This document shows positions 1 through 12,489 of a stretch of 64,000 nucleotides of DNA, piece after piece. A model generated the notes under the pieces. That model worked only from the letters and a program-made list of their open reading frames with translations. It was not told the origin of the DNA and did no database searches. The stretch's first letter is position 1, and every line of letters starts with the position of its first letter. Both the position numbers and the translations under genes were made by a program. The stretch lies in the NCBI GenBank assembly GCA_050084985.1, contig JBITNC010000002.1, positions 16,678,001 through 16,742,000 on the forward strand. Direction: 5' to 3'. Source of the DNA: Nageia nagi. Lineage: Eukaryota > Plantae > Pinophyta.

Positions 1-169
1 TAGGTCCAAACAAAAACCACAACAAGGCATGTTAGTCATATTATTATTATTGCATGCAAACTAACTTGCAGGTATAAAATATCAATATACTTACTGAGCT
101 CATTATTAATTTATTATTGGGTCTCTACAATGGGGATTCTAAAAGGCACAACCCACCCTCCCTACTCAC

Positions 170-1490
170 CTTACTATAGTAGCTCCTCCACATCACCCCC
201 ATTTCCTTCTTCAATAGCCTCTACCAACTGCTCCAGCCCATACAAATTGAGTGGATTAGGCCTCACTTCAGCCTACCATGTTAGGTAAGTTTGTTCAAAA
301 TAGGTACCATCAAGGTCCTCATCCCTTAGCTATCTGAATCGCTCCTTGACCCATGATCCTTTGGAGGCATCCATTCCTCCACCCATTTTGGAGGAGTCTC
401 ATAAAGGTTAGGTTCATGTACCCTATACATCCTAGTCTTAACCATAAACTTGTATTCTGGTGGAATGACTTTCCTTCAAAAAAACTACCTCATAACCCTC
501 TTAGTTCTATATGGATCCATAAAATTCTTACATATCTACAAATAATATGGTGTGCACTATCATTCTAACTCCCCCTTGGTTCATTTGGCCAATAAGGTAT
601 GGTCGAATAGGGTTTATAGATCATATCACTTGCCAAACCAAAGTCCTAAGTTTATCATCCTTTATAAAACCAATCAAACAATAAACATAAAACATGTAAG
701 GTAAGTTGCTTACCTCTCATCAAGCCATCCATAACCTTCTTATAAGCTTCAACGATCTTTTAGACTTGTGTAATATTCCCATTCTTGGCCCACTGATACC
801 ATGATAGATGATAGAGATGTACACCATGTATAGGAAGCTCCTTAGGTCTCACCATAGCAATGTGGTAATATGCCCAACACTGTAGCACAAAGGAGTGTAC
901 CACCCTTTTACCACTCTTTTGTGCCATCAAAAAGTTATGCAGGTCATGGTAGATTTGGATAATAATATAAGGTGACATGCATAACAATGATCCTACTATC
1001 ACCCATATCAACCCAAGTATAAAAACCTCATGATTTTTATTTGGATACATGATGTTATCAGTGCATGTAGCTATCACAATTCACACTCGCATGAATCTCT
1101 TCATCTTGCTCCTAAAATCATGATGAAGGAAGGCACCTTTCTTCCCCTCATGGTATTCTTGAAACCTTAAAAGCTAATTAGTTGATTGCCTACATTAATC
1201 ATCCCTCATCCCTCAAATAATATGGATCTACCCTTCATAGGAACCCATAAAATTTGTTGAACATGCTTTGGAACTATGGTAATCTCCCCATTAGGAAGGT
1301 GAAACATGTTGGTCCTCTCAAACAACCTCTCCATAAGGGTCATGAGTAGCTCCTTGTCTACTTGAATGTATAGGGCACGGAGAAGCCATCACATACCAAC
1401 ATGCTAGAGAAAACCTATATCCTCCTCCATGAGCCTATCTTTCATGACACAACATTTCTTCCAACTCTGATACATAGGCTCAAGCTCCAT
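170..1490 (-). pseudogene. Decayed plant mobile domain (aminotransferase-like PMD, MAIN/MAIL-type) gene carried antisense in the Gypsy element
   Basis: Minus-strand translation gives PMD motifs LMTLMERLFERTNMFHLPNGEIT (~1280-1347), VLQCWAYYHIAMVRP (ORF 760-1077), DMIYKPYS (~605-628) and RVMR*FF (~480-500). There are stops and frameshifts, a probable short GT-AG intron (~660-713), and an acceptor CAG near 1506 upstream of ATG 1490. Confidence 0.75.
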
Positions 1491-2810
1491 GAGAAATTGG
1501 AAACACTGTAAGCATAAAAAGACAAGGTATGTATCACTTTAAAAGCAATTTTTCAATGCAATAAATATAAAGAAATTTTATTTATGTATCCTTAGCACAC
1601 ATTAAGCAATACCAAAGTTGGTTGAGCACTTTCCCATCTCATAATCTTTTCTATCATGCCAATGCCCACATTGGGCTTTCTAAGCCCAATTGCCATAAAA
1701 CTTGGGGGGAAAACTCCCTTTACCCTCGTAGTTGACTAAAAACATGGTTTCACATCCTACAGCTACTCTAAAACAAAAAATGAATTAGACCTATCCCTCC
1801 AAAAACCTAGCTTAATGTATCCCATGATTTTTCCTAATTACTCCATTTTCCATGCAAATTTTACAAAACAAAATAATAAAAAGGTTCAAAACACTTACCA
1901 CATGCATCGAAACTATGTTGTGTCACAAGAGATAGGCCCTATGATTCTCTTGCTCAGTAATCTTCAACTTGGAATACCAAATTGATTTAAAACACTAGAA
2001 AAAACTCATAAAACTAGACCAAATTGATATAATTGGTAAATTTAATCACTTACCTCGTAATGATGATCACACACAAGGCTCTAAATCACCTAGGCAAGCT
2101 TACTTAATTCCTCCTTGACCAGAATGCAAATCTCAAATAGTAAAAGTGATAAATAGGTCATTATCCAACCTATTTACACCAAAATAGGATAATTCCACAA
2201 GGTAGGTATTAATTAATGACTACATATTTCCACTCATGTACCCAAAATATGAGTTTCCTACCTCTTAACTCATATGAGTCAAGTGCTAAAAAATACAACA
2301 ACTAAAATCATTACAGATCCTCATGTCCATGCTTACCTCAATGCCCGTGTTGGCTACCAGCGCCTATGCTATCAACCCTGAAGATTCATGATCTCAATCT
2401 AAAAATCATAAATCCTCCATGTACATGTGGTCTAAAAATCAATTTAGGACTAACTTATTTGGAAGAATCAAGTTTTTATAGGCACAAATAGATGTCCAAT
2501 CAAAGAATGATGTGTCTCTTGCACGTTTGTTCTTGGATTCAGCTTGTTCATAAAAAAATCAAGCACTCTATCAAGCAAAATTAGGTATGAAAATATCTTT
2601 TTTAGAATCATATATCATGCTATGGGATGTATCATTCATATCAAACATATATATTACAAAATCACTAGTGCATGCGCTAAAACTAGTGTAGATGCTGAGT
2701 TACAAAGGCATTAATAAGGCTAAATCACACCACAAGCACATAGTAGGTAATTCATAGGGAGTATTCCTAACCTTATCTCTACTTTGCTTTAATCATTTGC
2801 ATGATTGAGA

Positions 2811-3180
2811 AATATTCAAACCAATCATCATTGAGTCACCTTTGTTGGTTGGGTCTCAACTAACCATCACCATTAATCACATCTAAGAATGAGGCCTATA
2901 CCTCATGATGATGACTACATCTCATGTCAATAAATAAGAATGGGGCATGTACCTCATAACAATGAGTGACATATCACATAACATGGTTGGTAAATATTCA
3001 ACCCAATCATATCTTTGAGTCATCTTTTTCGGTTTGGTCTTAGCTAACTGTCCCCATATTATTCTTTCTGATTCATATGTTTCATCTAGGAATGGGGCAT
3101 GTACCTCATGATGATATCAACATATATAACTTTGATTGTACATGTTCTATATAGGAATGGGGCATGTACCCCATGATGAT
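2811..3180 (+). repeat. Gypsy 3'-region repeats: 4 copies of ARGAATGRGGCMTRTACCYCAT(GATGAT) plus a ~60-bp duplicate
   Basis: Copies start at 2885, 2936, 3088 and 3153. The duplicate AAATATTCAA...TAACY lies at ~2811-2867 and ~2992-3048. Confidence 0.8.
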
Positions 3181-3604
3181 GTGGACACACCTTTATCATG
3201 ATTCTTTTATGTATGCATCTAAGAATGAAATATTGAGTATTTTTGTATTTGGTGTTCTCAAGATGATGTATGCATATTTTATTAATTTCATCCTTGATCC
3301 TTTATTGCTATATCATTTGTTGAAATGCTATGATATTGTCTCTTACAATTCACTACTATATAATTAGAAGTGTTTAACTCTTATTTTTAGGTTCATTCTT
3401 TGTTCTTAGCTGATTCCACTACATGCAAGCCATTACATCTCACAACCAAGGCAAAGAGGGGATAATAAAGATCATCAAATCCTTGATGATTCGGAAAGCT
3501 AAACTAGGGAAGTATCAAAATTTTCTTCTCTATACCTTTACTTCCTTTGAAAGCATAATTTCATTTCAAGATTCAATTTAATTATACTTACAAAGGGGTG
3601 CATC

Positions 3605-4423
3605 TATTGAAACCTAAAAGTGATCCCCTTAACATGATCACACTTAGGTGTAACTTAAATACATATCTTAATCACATTTAGTCTCATTTAATCATATTTT
3701 ACCCTCATTATCACATATTTCTTAGGTTGTGTTCTTATGTTTTATGTTAAGTACACTAGGTTGTCTAATACTTTCACACATGGGGTCAAATGGTGAATCA
3801 TGCTTGATATAAATATAAGTATCTCTAACCTAGGGAAAGCATATCAAGATTACATCTTGATAGTTGGTACCCTACATTTAGATGTTTCTAAATGCCACAT
3901 ATTGAGATTGGAATCTTGTTATCACTTGAGAAAATATATATTATCCACTTCTATGATAATATGCTTAGCTTGACATATCATCTCTACTATCATCGATCCT
4001 TATGGGAGAATCTCATTCTTTAGGACTGTTAGCGCTTCTGTTGAGGTTCGTGCCTATGCTGAAGTTTGCGATCATGCTGAGCCCTCTGAGACTAGAATCC
4101 ACATTGATGTTTCTTATGTATTTGGCCTTGGTGTTTGTACAACAAGGTCACCACTCCTTGATAATTTCATCCATCATATTATCAACCTCTACATAGGTAA
4201 GATAGATAACTATTTATCTTTCACTCAATTCATTTCTCTTTAGTGCATGTATTTGCATTTTACATCTTCACATCATTGTAAATTTTTTATGTGCACTATT
4301 TATTCCCCTTATTCATGTATGTTTATCTAAGTTAATTAGCTTGGGTTTATCATACAATTAAATGTATATTTTCTTTTAGTTGATTTAGAGGTAATCATAG
4401 GTGTACCAAAACACGTATCAACA
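3605..4423 (+). repeat. 3' LTR of the Gypsy element
   Basis: Follows the PPT. Terminal inverted ends TATTGA(AAC)...GTATCAACA; internal TATA-like ATATAAATA near 3808. Confidence 0.7.
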
Positions 4424-5140
4424 TCATGATTTTTTTAAAGAAAATAGAGAGTTGAGAAGAAAGAAGATATAAAATAATAAATTAAAGAAAAAATAGGAAA
4501 ATTATTAAAAATCAAAGATTTTCAATCACTCCAAGAGATCAACTACATGGTGTGTTATGATTTGTTTGTGGCATGGCTTGCAAAAATCTAGGATTTATAT
4601 AAAAATTTGAGAAAATAGGCAAATGACCAAATGATATAACCTTCATAGCTTCAAAGTAGGAAGAAACATAGTATGTATTTGTAAATGAAGATTTGAAAAA
4701 TAATATTAAATAAATGCAATGATTGATAAAGATGTTCAACTGTAAATAAATTTAAATAATTTCTCCTTCTTCTTCTTCAATGAATGGTTAGTAGCAACAA
4801 AATTGAAGTATTCAACTTTTAAAGAAAAACAATAAAATATCTATCATGATTATTTTGAAGAAAATAAAGATTCAAAAATATATAAGATATAAAATAATAA
4901 ATGAAAGAAAAAATAGAGAAAACATTAAAAATTGAATATTTTTAATCACTCTAAGAGATCGACTACATGGTATGTTACGATTAGTTTGTGGCATGGCTTA
5001 CAAAAATCTAGGATTTATGTAAAATTTTGAGAAAACAGGCAGATGATCAAATGATATACAAATTTCATAGCTTCTAAGTAGGAAGAAACAAAGTTATGTA
5101 TTTATAAATGAAGATTTGAAAAATAATATTAAAGAAATGT
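4424..5140. repeat. Tandem duplication, ~300 bp similar core with ~420 bp period
   Basis: 4424-4720 aligns by eye with 4845-5140 (for example AAGAGATCRACTACATGGT...GTGGCATGGCTT...AAAAATCTAGGATTTAT). Confidence 0.85.
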
Positions 5141-6616
5141 AGAACACCAAATAAATTATAAAAATATTACTTTATTTTTGTAATATAGAAAAAAGGCTTA
5201 GTTTATTTTTTAGTCTTAATTTTCCAAAGTTAGTTTATTTTTAAGACTTGACTTTTTTGAACTTAATTTATTTTTAAGAATTAATGTAATTAGGGTTTTT
5301 AAAAAGGAAGTTAGGGTTTACATGAAGGTATTAAGGGTAACACGTAGATCTAACTACCTCTTCAATTAAAAAAGGGAGGAGAAAGGTCATTTGTAACTCT
5401 CTCTCTGGATATTTTGAAAATTGTAGTAGAGCTTGCAAGGTAATAAGAGAGAAAGTTTTCTTTTACATCATACATTGCAAATGTTTATTCTTATAAGATC
5501 ATTCTTATGTTAAAGAAATAAATTACAAGTTGCAAATAGTAATTTGTTTTCTAAATTTGGGAATAAATGTCCCTTTACAAACTATAACAAGTTATAAGTG
5601 GTTAAGTTTGTGAAGATAGATAAAGTCTTATGCAATCATTGCAGCATAAGATAAAATCTTGAGAAGAGATAAAATAATTCTGATATGAAAAGAAACTAAG
5701 TATAAAATGACTAAGCGATGAGCCATGTCATTATTTCTATCTCTAGAATTAAACACTTTAGCAAGAATATTTAAGCTACATTGGAAATATAAGTGATCAT
5801 TCTATTTAAAAGATAAGTGACCATAAAAAAGTATAAAATTTGGACTATATAAGATTGATATAAATATTTGTTTAAAGTAATTTACAAAATTGAAAATAAA
5901 TAACCATACCAAAATTAATGAACAAAATGAAAAATTGGAGCTATCTCAAATTTGAAAAAAATAACTCACATGGAGAACCAAGAAATGGAAAAAATTACAC
6001 CAAGCTCTAATGCCATCATAAGGCCCAAATTTGAAATTTATTAGACTTTTAATTTCAAGTTTTATAACACAAAAAACATAGATAAGTAGTAGATGAAGTG
6101 ACTTATCATTTCATCTTCCTCAAAAGACTCTTCAACCAAATTACTATGATCTTTAGTATTTCTCCTACACATAAATCCAAAAATATACAAATTCTAAATA
6201 TTTGATCAAGAGTCTATATACTTATAATTCTTAAAACTAATGATAATATGATAAACTTTAATCCCTAAAGGTTAAGTTTCTAACATGTATCTGTAGCTTC
6301 AAAATCAATCATCATAGTCTAAAATATTTCTAGGATGAATGACACTAATCCCAAGACTAACAAAAATAGGTTATCAAAATTATTTATTGTATCCATGAGA
6401 TCACTTACTGTAATGGTAAAAACTTTTTGCTGATATATACTCTCTCCCATCTACCAAAGGAAATAAATATTTTCTTATACTATCCTTTCCCATAATAGAC
6501 TAGTTAAAGGATATCTAGACTAAATGGGTCAATGACCCATACCTTTTTAATATCATCAAGGATTTAAAGGTTTATTTATGATTGCATCATTATTATCCTA
6601 GTAGGGTAACTAGTTG

Positions 6617-7185
6617 TGAGAGATTTAACAAACTCAAACAATCCAAAATACCCAACAAATATTCAATAGAGCATCAATAAATTAAATCAAGATAACAAAA
6701 TGACATTAACACATGCTATTTATATCATTAATGAAGTTTAAGATTACAATGACTCTCTCATAATAGCTGAAGAAGCAAGGAGTTCTCAAACTACAACTAC
6801 GCAAATGAACATTCTTAAAAAAATGTATGTTACAAAATTACTCTACACAATATTCCTAATTGATGGTAATGCTTACTATATTAGTGAGGAATTTGTTACA
6901 AATAAAGATGCCTAAAATTTATTTAAAAATGGAAAAAAATATGTCAAGAAAATGCTTGAATCTCTAACTACAAAATCTCCAAGTGAAACTTGTTGGCGCT
7001 TCATAAACATGTTGACATTTTAGTAGTTAGGAATGTGTTAACATTTCAGATCCAAGTGTTATCATAATTTTGAAACATTGTGGTGCTTGAAGAGGTAAAT
7101 TATGGGGTTAGGGTGTTTCATCATAAAAGATAAAAAAATCAAATTATGGTTAGATTTTCAATGTGACTAAGCTCAATTCTAAACA
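6617..7185 (-). repeat. Copia 3' LTR
   Basis: Matches 31283-31809 (TTTAACAAACTCAAACAATCCAAAATACCCAACAAATA...CTAAGCTCAATTCT); TG...CA ends; adjacent to the PPT. Confidence 0.9.
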
Positions 7186-7199
7186 TACTCCCCCTTGAT

Positions 7200-7976
7200 G
7201 CTAAGAGGTATCATAAATGAGTCTCTTAGCATCAAAAATTGAGCTCTCCAAATACCTTTAGTGAATACATCCACCAATTTCTCTTTAGTGTTGCAATATT
7301 TAAGATAAATTTTATGTTTCTCCACCATATCTCAGATGAAGTGGTACTTTAATTCAAAGTGCTTGGACCTACTACTATGGACCAAATTGTATGCCAAATG
7401 AATGTAACTTTGGTTACCATAAAAAAAGAAATATTTTTCTATATTATTTCTCAAAACGTTCTTCTAAAACCTTACTCAACCATAATGCTTGGGCTAAAGT
7501 TGCAGTAAGGGCTTTCTACTTAGCTTCATAAGGGGAAAGAGATGCTGAACTTTATTTCTTGGAGCTCCATGTAATCAAACTTGTATAAGGTGAGAAATAA
7601 TACCTAGAAGTGGAATTTCTATCATCTAGATTGCTACCACAATAAATATCATTGAAGCCAAATAGGTCCATATTCTCCACATGAGAGTAATGAATCCCAA
7701 AATCAATAGTTCCCTTAAGATATATCATTATTCATTTAGAAGCCTTTAAGTGCAATAATGAAGGATAACACATGTTTCTAGACACCATTAAGATAACTAA
7801 TTGCATATCAATCCTATTGTTGCAAAGGAACATAAGGCTACCTACAATACTTCTATACTCTACTACACTTGCTTTTTGAGCCCCATCAATTGAGCATGTC
7901 CTTTGCATATTTACTTTGGCAAATGAAAATTTCACCTTGGATTTGGTGGACCTTCATGCCAAGAAAATACTTTGTT
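7200..7976 (-). pseudogene. Copia pol 3' part: end of RT and RNase H
   Basis: Minus translation gives KYFLGMKV, YRSIVGSLMFLCNNRID, DDRNSTSRY, ITWSSKK*, RSKHFELKYHFI; stops and frameshifts present. Confidence 0.9.
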
Positions 7977-9155
7977 TGATTCATAAATCCTAACTTAAGA
8001 TTTTACTTTAGATATCACACTTGATTTATTTTCGTACTTGTGAAAATTAAAATAATCAACTACACAAAATATTGACACAATTTTTACCTAGTTCACCCGA
8101 TGTGGGCTACATCCTTCAAATCATGATCCATTATTATAGGTACCATTTTACAATGTCATTTACATGATCTTTTTACTTCATCCTTTTTAGCTTACTGAAG
8201 TTAAATCACACCAACATCGTAGGTAGCTACTGAATCACCTTCATGAAGATGACTCTTTTCTCAATGAGATTCTAGAAGCATAGCTCCATGTCTCTTGTCT
8301 TGGGTCAACATATTCAAAACTACTCTTTGTCTTCTTCTTTTTATCATGGTGATTATGTCATCCACTTATTTTAAAAATATATGTAAGTTTATATGTAACT
8401 TCACAATCACTCTCATGGCTATGATATTATTCATGGAGTTTTTACAACAATGGAGTTCTTCTACATTTTCAAACCAACATACTCTCTCCCTCATGGGAGG
8501 AAATCCCACTAACTTAGCCATTTTACATTTTGGCTTAGTGGGCATTCCCCATTTCTAATCCCTATGCTCCCTTTTATAATATTAAGGGGTTACATTTTTA
8601 GCGATGTTTGTTACAAAGGTGATGAATACAATATTTGTTCTTTTCCTCATTTTAAATATTTTCTCTCAACCCTCAACAATATTTATCCCATTTTAAATCC
8701 ATGGATTTCTAGTCTCTTATATTTGGCATGTAGTTTGTTGTTTTAGCATTATCAATATTAAATTTCATTTACTATTGAAAAATTAAACAAACTATTTTAA
8801 TACCAAATTATAACAAACTTACAAAATTAAAATACTAACCACCCAAATAAAACCATATTTCAACTAAATACCATGATAGGCGACTAACATTTTGGAAGGT
8901 ACCACTTGGCATTTTGTTGATTGGCTCCTTTGATTGGTGGGTTCTTTAGAATCTCCATTAAATTGGTGATAGGTTTTAAAATGTGCTTCACTTCCCTAAT
9001 AATCAATGTGATAGGTAGGTAGCTAGTGGATAAGAAGGTAGGTGACTTGGTTATCACAACAGTCTAACTAGATGATCTCCAAAGTGGTTTCTCATGTGCA
9101 TGTGAGTCCCCTTTGTATTGTTAAAAGCATTACAAATTTTTAATGTGATAGCTCC

Positions 9156-9752
9156 TAGGGAAAATTTTAAGAACCCCCGAAAAAAATGACTTTTAATAGG
9201 AGGGTGATCAATCTCAAAACCTATTTGAAAATGAGGCGATCAATTTTTAATCATCTTATACTTTTTTTTTAAAAAAAAAGGATTATATATATATATAAGG
9301 TGAATAATCATTCAAATACTTAATTGATATATTTTCTTTTCTTATCTTAATAAATTTTAATATTAAAATTTAAATTACTTTACAATAACGATGCAATTGT
9401 TCTCTTCATTTTTTAAGTGTATATTTAATTTTTGTTCTTATATTTTTTTTAATCCTTTACATTTTACTTGGGTTAGTTTTTAAGGGAGGAAGACGTATTG
9501 TAGCCTTTTCTTTATTTATATTTAATATGTTATATGTTCCTTGCAATAGGTGATTATGTTAGTGATATTTTTTAGTTTATAATTTTAAGGTGTATAATGG
9601 ACCAAACCTATTATAAATGTGGGCATACTTTCCCATAAAAAAAATCAAGGTAAACATGTTGAAGAAGAAACCCACCATAATAGCTAAATCCAAATTTTGA
9701 AATCTTGAATTTTAGCCATTTGGCTATGGGTTAGCCACTAACATTTTCCCTA
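9156..9752. mobile_element. hAT-type non-autonomous element/MITE inserted in the left LTR
   Basis: TIR TAGGGAAAAT...ATTTTCCCTA; 8-bp flanks ATAGCTCC/GCAGCTCC; the segment is absent from the sister LTR (~12030, GAAGCTCC). Confidence 0.8.
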
Positions 9753-10838
9753 GCAGCTCCTAACTTGAATTGGTGATCTCCATGTTAATGTACTCTATTG
9801 AAACCTCACGTTGGTATAGGTTGATCTCTCCTTGATATGTGGGTTCCCAAAACTCATACATTGGACTTCAAAAGCCTTCATTCACACAATTTACTAGGAG
9901 GCCCCTTAATAAATGTATTTAACCACTTGTCATGCTGACTCATCCACTCCAAGTGGATATTTGAATCTTATTTTAATTTTTTGGTGGTATAATATTTGAT
10001 TACCTTAAATAATTGAACCTTTTGAAAATATATAAATGATAATATTTAATTATTATTTATCCAAACTTTGAGGAGAATAATTTCTTCAATTAGAGCTCCA
10101 TTTTTATCATTAATCAAAGCATCATGATCCTAGACATGAGAGCTCTAATATTGATATTAAAATCTTTAGAAAGAGATACTTCATTTTTAACCTTTTAAAT
10201 GAATAGAAACCAATTTCAAATCACTAATACTATTTTATAAGATTTTGGTACCACAAAAGCCTTAGGATGAAAATAATGAGGAGAACACACCCCCAACTCA
10301 AATTTAGCTCTACCTCTTCTTGGAATCATCTTCTCATATGATCTTATTACTTGTAGATTTTCAGACTCAAGTACTAGAAATCTCTTGACTACTTAGAAGC
10401 AACAACATGTAGCTTATCTTCAAATTTAACTCATAATACGACTTAGGATCAACTTCTTGGATTTGCTCACATAATATGAATTTTGCTAGGCATATCAAGT
10501 AAGTCACTTTGCATTCTCAATGAATCAATAAAAAAAAGAATTTCATTTCCAACACAACTTCCTTAGTCTTCACAACTATTGAGAAGATGTGCATTTATCT
10601 TCCCACCAAAATTCATGTTGAGATAATATTATGATGGAATAATTTCATCAAATGCTAATGAAATTTGTTGATTACAAAAGTGAAATTTTACCTCAACCTT
10701 TCAAGTTTTTAAACCATGAATCCATTTTCTTTTTCCACAAGATCAGGTTCTCTTGACTCTGAAGGCATAAATTCTAAATTTCAAAAGCACCTATTCCATT
10801 TGTTTGAATAGGCTCCATTAATTCCCAACAAAAGAACT

Positions 10839-10850
10839 GCTCTGATACCA
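10839..10850 (-). promoter_or_regulatory. Primer-binding site complementary to initiator tRNA-Met
   Basis: Plus strand GCTCTGATACCA reads TGGTATCAGAGC on the minus strand, 4 bp from the LTR end. Confidence 0.9.
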
Positions 10851-12489
10851 AACTTGATCTGTCAATCCTAACTTAAGAGTTTACTTCAAATATCACACTT
10901 GATTTATTTTAGTGCTTACAAAAATTAAAATAATTAACCACACAAAAGATTGACATAAGTTTTACCTAGGTTCACCCAATGTGGGGTACATCATACAAAT
11001 TGCAATCCATTATTATAGGTACCAATTTACAATATCATTTGCATGATCTTTTTTCCTCATCCTTTTTAGCTTACTAAAGTTTAATAACACCAACATTGTA
11101 GGTTGCTACTAAATCACCTTCATGAAGATGATTCTTTTCTCAATGAAATTCTAGAAGCACAATTCTATGTCTCTTGTCCTAGGTCGGCATCTTCAAAACT
11201 ACTCTTTGTCTTCTTCTTTTCATCACGGTGATTATGTCATCCACTTATTTTATAAATATATATAAGTTTAGATGTAACTTCATAATCACTCTCATGTCTA
11301 TGATATTATCCATGGAGTTTCTACAACAATGGAGTTTTTTTTTACATTTCCAAACCAACATACTCTCTCCCTCATGGGAGGAATTCCCGCTAACTTAGCC
11401 ACTTTACATTTTGGTGCAATGAGAATTTCCCATTTCTAATTGCTATGCTCCCTTTTATAACATTAAGGGTTACATTTTTAGCGATGCTTGTTACAAAGAT
11501 GATGAATATAATATTTTTCCTTTTCCTCATATTAAATATTTTCTCTCAACCCTCAATAATATTTCTCCCATTTTAAATTCATTGGTTTCTAGTCTCCTTT
11601 ATATATATCATGTAGTTTGTTATTTTAGCATTATCAATAGTAAATCTTATTTACTATTAAAAAATTAAACAAACTATTTTAATACCAAATTATAACAAAA
11701 TTAAAAAATCAAAATATTAATCATCCAAATAAAACCATATTTCAACTAAATACCATAATAGGCAGCTAACATTTTGGAAGGTAACACTTGGCATTTTGTT
11801 GAGTGGCTCATTTGATTGGTGGGTTCTTTAGCATCTCTATTATATTGGAAACATGTTTTAAAATTTTCCTTCACTTCCCTAATAGTCAATGTGATAGGTA
11901 GGAGGTTAGTGGATAGGTGGGTAGGTGACTTGGTGGTCACCATAGTCTAACTACATGATCTCCAAGGTAGTTTCTCATGTGGACACGAGTCTCCTTTGCA
12001 TTGTTACAAGCATTACTAATTTTCAATGTGGAAGCTCCCAACTTGACTTGGTTATCTCCACGTCGATGTACTCCATTGAAACCTCACGTTGGCATAGATT
12101 GGTCCCTTCTTGATATGTGGGTCCCCAAAACTCATACATTGTACTTAAAAAGACTTCATTCACACATTTTACTAGGAGGCTCCTTAATGAATGTATTTAA
12201 CCACTTATCATACTAACTCAGCCACTCCAAGTGGATAGTTGGATCCAATTTTAATTTTATGGAGGTATAATATTTGATTTCCTTAAATAATTGTACCTTT
12301 TGAAAATAGATAAATAATCATCTTTAAAACTTTGAGGAGAAATATTTCTTCAATTGAAGATCCATTTTTATCATCGATCAAAGCATCATGATCCTAGAGA
12401 TGAGGGCTTTGATATTAAGCATTAAGATATTTAGAAGGAGAGACTTCATTTTTCACCTTTAAAATGACTCTGAAATCCATTTTAGATCA

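Larger units (their letters stand above)
1..4423 (+). mobile_element. 3' portion of a Ty3/Gypsy (Tat/Ogre-like) LTR retrotransposon, running off the window start
   Basis: PPT-like CAAAGGGGTGCATC (3591-3604) directly precedes an 819-bp LTR with T(A)TTGA...TCAACA ends. The same PPT+CATC junction precedes the 3' LTR of the Gypsy at 28529. The element has 3'-region repeats and an antisense PMD gene. Confidence 0.7.
7977..12489 (-). mobile_element. Nested non-autonomous LTR element: two ~1.64-kb LTRs around only ~630 bp of internal sequence
   Basis: LTRs at 7977-10223 and 10855-12489 with TGAT...ATCA ends. Perfect Met-tRNA PBS (minus TGGTATCAGAGC, 10839-10850). It interrupts the host RT between ...LGLM and KYFLG; flanks TTGTT/TCATT fit a decayed 5-bp TSD. 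Confidence 0.85.
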
